DNA of 64,000 nucleotides from the human T2T-CHM13v2.0 reference genome, Homo sapiens. Each line of letters starts with the position of its first letter. Position 1 is the stretch's first letter. The DNA lies in the NCBI RefSeq assembly GCF_009914755.1, contig NC_060932.1, one strand, 5' to 3'. The notes under the pieces were generated by a model, which was not told the DNA's origin, made no database searches, and was given only the letters and a program-made list of their open reading frames with translations. Made by a program: the position numbers and the translations under genes. This document shows positions 60,690 to 64,000 of this stretch, piece by piece.

Positions 60690-63016
60690 ATGATCTTTAA
60701 AAATGTAGACAAAATGGATCTGAAAGTAAAAGGAACATTACAAGAGTATGATGACCCTGAAGTCACAGACAGTTTGAAGAAGGAGACCAGGTCCTCTGCT
60801 GAGAGTAAGAGGAAATTGCTGTGATACAAGAGTCAAGGGAAATGAGAATTTAAATGTGCAGTTTAATTGCTGTGGGTGCTAGAAGATGAGACAGATTGAT
60901 GAGACATACTATAGGCCCTGTTTATTATAGAGACCATGATGGTCATGGTCAGCCATGATTGATGTTTTGCTAAGCATGTAACCAAATGAAAAAGACACAG
61001 TGGGAATATGGACTTTGGCAAAGAATCGGATGAGGTAATAAACTATGTTGAAAGGTAAAAACAGAAAAAGCTAATAAGAATATAAAAATGTTGTCATGGA
61101 CTGGAGGTCCTAGCAAGTTTAAAAGGCAAGTTTAATGGCAGTTGCTGAACAAAAGAGTCAAGATATTTGGAAGTTGCTATCTGAAGCAGGGTCTTTGCAT
61201 TTAATATTTTAAAACTGGAGCACTTCTGAATGATGGCAAATTCCAAGAATGGCTGTGAGAATAAATAGAAGTAAAAGCAACAGGAAATGAGGATGTCAAA
61301 GACATGCATAGATAGTCTACTGAATTACTTGCTTCCAGGGATCAGAAATGCCAGATTCTGGCAGGACTTGGTATGGAGACAAAACTGGGAGGAGGAGACA
61401 AATATTCAGTGATTGAGGTGGAGGCAGAATAAGTTGGTTGATGAGACCAATGAGGTGGAATAAAGATCTGTGCCCCATTTCCAAAGAAAAGAGGCTTTTA
61501 TGGGAGAGTAAAGGACTGATGGTCTAAAAGAGCTAGTGTGGAGAGTACTAAGCCCACCTCCTCACCTTGGTATCTGGTCCATAGTAAGAACTGAAGAAAA
61601 CAGAACTATTGTTTCAGTCTTGCCTTTTCTTTGTATATATTTATATGACTTTTCATTTATCTTTTTATAAATATAAACACTATTATGTGCCATAGAGTGA
61701 AGCAGAATTTTCTCCCAAGGGAACTAATATGTGCTTGATTTACAAAATAGAAATCATTATGAATTGTATGCCTTACTAAATAATTCTGTAATTATATGTT
61801 ATGAAACAACTTAAAGGTGTGATGCAAAGGAAAGAATTGTCATCCAATAAATGGAGTTTAATAATTTTTATTTCACGGTATGAAATTTTATATAGTTTTT
61901 TATGTTAGAGGTACAGCAGGTGAAAGTAGGTTTTATTTGATTTTAAGGATCTAAACGGTTTTAATTATACAACAGAATGTCTCAGAAAACATGACCATTT
62001 TCAAATACTTTTGATGAGGAGATGGGTTTTTTTTAATTTAAAGGCAAATACACAGGGTTTTGGCTATATCAAAATTGTGAAATACCAGTTAGCTTAGGAT
62101 AACTTTATCATCCTTGAAAATGATGAAAGTAATTAATACACTTCTTTTTAAAACCACATGTAATTTTTGAGAATAGATGACTATTTCAAATAGTCATGTG
62201 AAACTTCTCTTAAAATTAAAATAGATATTAGTGAAAGAGTCATAAATGCAGGCTTTCACTTTATTGGACACAAAATATAGAAGACATGGAAATGTGTTGG
62301 GATAATGGTATGATCTTAGGGTAGGTAGGAATGCTATAAATATGAAATTATCCCATATCTTTGTCCAAGCTTTGTGGCACTTTCTTCCATATCCTGGATG
62401 TCATACTTTTTCACCAGGGTCTTCACAGCTTTTTCAGCCCTTGATAAACCCTTCTGTTTGAAAGCAGGTGGTTGCCCCTCTGTCACCTGGAAAAGACGTG
62501 GGCTTTCTCAGTCTGGAGATGGTATTCACTGGGAAAAAAGCATGGCCTCCCACCTGACAAAGAGTATAGCTGCTGTGCCTTCATTCTACAGATTATATAT
62601 TTAGGCTAAGCCTTTTTTTTTTGGATTGGATCTTGGACATTATAGATTAAGTTTCTTGGACTTATTTTAGTTGTCAGTTCTAACTCTAATGATGCTCAGG
62701 CCCAGTTTGCTTCCCTTTTTTCCTGATCCTGAGAGGAGGTCTCGGTATCTTCACAGCTGAGCAGTCATTGTCAGTGCACATTTTGTGATTTTTGTCATTT
62801 GGGGATTTTCTTTGCCACATAGTTACAGAATTTGATTTAGCAATTGGGACCACAGGCAAACCATATCTTTGATAACGCTGACCCTTGACAAGTCATCATC
62901 CTACAAAATAAATTACAGGGAAAACAGTTCTTATTCCAGTGTTCCCTTATCAAACTCTACATCAGAGTTAGCTGTGAGTGATTTCTACTTTTAGTATTGG
63001 AGATGAATATTAGATA

Positions 63017-63408
63017 TTTTCTTTTTCTTTCTTTCCTTTCTTTTCTTCTTTTTTCTTCCTTTCCATTCCTTTCCATTCCTTTCCTTTCCTTTTCTTTTTC
63101 TTTTCTTTTCTTTTCTTTCTTTTCTTTCTTTGGCAGAGTCTTACTCTGTTGCCCAGGCAGGAGCACATTGGCATCATCTCATCTCACTGAAACCTCTCCC
63201 TCCTGGGTTCAAGCAATTCTCATGTCTCAGCCACCGGAATAGCTGGTTACAGGCACCTGCCACCATGCCCAGCTAATTTTTGTATTTTTGTAGAGCTGGG
63301 GTTTCACCAAGCAGGACAGGCTGGTCTAGAACTCCTGACTTCAAGTGATCCACCTGCCTCAGCCTCCTCAAGTGCGGGAATTACAGGCATGAGCCACTGC
63401 ACTCAGAC
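63017..63408 (-). mobile_element. Older Alu with an expanded (TTTC/TTTCC)n tail
   Basis: About 115-bp pyrimidine tail, then a diverged antisense Alu. Flanks AATATTAGATATTT / AATATTCGATGTTT. Confidence 0.9.
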
Positions 63409-63719
63409 AATATTCGATGTTTCTATAGATAATTCAGTTACTTTATAATCAAATAATGATTATTAATTTTTCTGATATTCTAGAGCCATCTTGAACTTTT
63501 CACTATTTTAATTAAACTTCTGTATCCATGTGCTTCTCTACCCTTTTTTGGTTCCCTCCTTCCTATCTTTGAGCTTCCATGATAAGAATACAAACCACAC
63601 TTAACTATGTTTTCCCCAACCTCACTGGATGTTCTCCTGGTTTTCATTGTTGGCTTTTATCCTAAACACATACTTTTAATGTAGATGTTCTCCACTACTC
63701 CATCCTGGGCTGCTTCTGT

Positions 63720-64000
63720 TTATTTATTTATTTATTTTTTATTTTGAGACCAGGTTTCTCTCTGTCACCCAGGCTGGAGTGCAGTGGTGTGATCTCGGCT
63801 TACTGCAACCTCCACCTCCCAAGTTCAAGCAGTTCTCTGCCTCAACCTCCCGAGTAGCTGGGATTACAGGCACCCACCACCGTGCCCGGCTAATTTTTTG
63901 TATTTTTAGTAGAGATGGGGCTTCACCATCTTGGCCAGGTTGATCTTGAACTCCTGACCTTGTGATCCACCTGCCTCGGCCTCCCAAAGTGCCGGGATTA
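63720..64000 (-). mobile_element. AluS, cut by the window end
   Basis: (TTTA)n tail and antisense Alu body. Confidence 0.92.

Noticed and set aside
62374-62604. 76-aa ORF in unique-looking sequence
   Set aside because: GTG start, no recognisable domain and no convincing flanking splice signals; the length is expected by chance.

Overview
Primate (AluY-containing, so catarrhine/human-like) repeat-dense, CpG-poor genomic DNA with no convincing host protein-coding exon. The dominant structure is a structurally complete but decayed class I (gammaretrovirus-like, ERV1) provirus on the minus strand at 1271-12613: two ~630-bp LTRs, a tRNA-Pro-like PBS, a ~1.6-kb leader that looks like a decayed pre-gag ORF, gag-pro-pol, a small hydrophobic ORF remnant and env. 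It is interrupted by a MER9 (HML-3) solo LTR just after the gag stop and by two Alus inserted at the same site in env. The rest is layered transposon debris: a full THE1 element inside an MLT1 LTR, solo LTRs (LTR7C-like, MER4D-like, MER66-like, THE1C-like, MLT1A, MLT2), a 3'-truncated L1, old L1M/L2/MIR, a Tigger3a and 20 Alus. There are also a few unexplained small duplications or insertions and candidate non-coding exons. Repeat family names come from recalled consensus features and need confirming with RepeatMasker/Dfam. Nearly all ORFs in the supplied track outside the provirus are artefacts of repeats.
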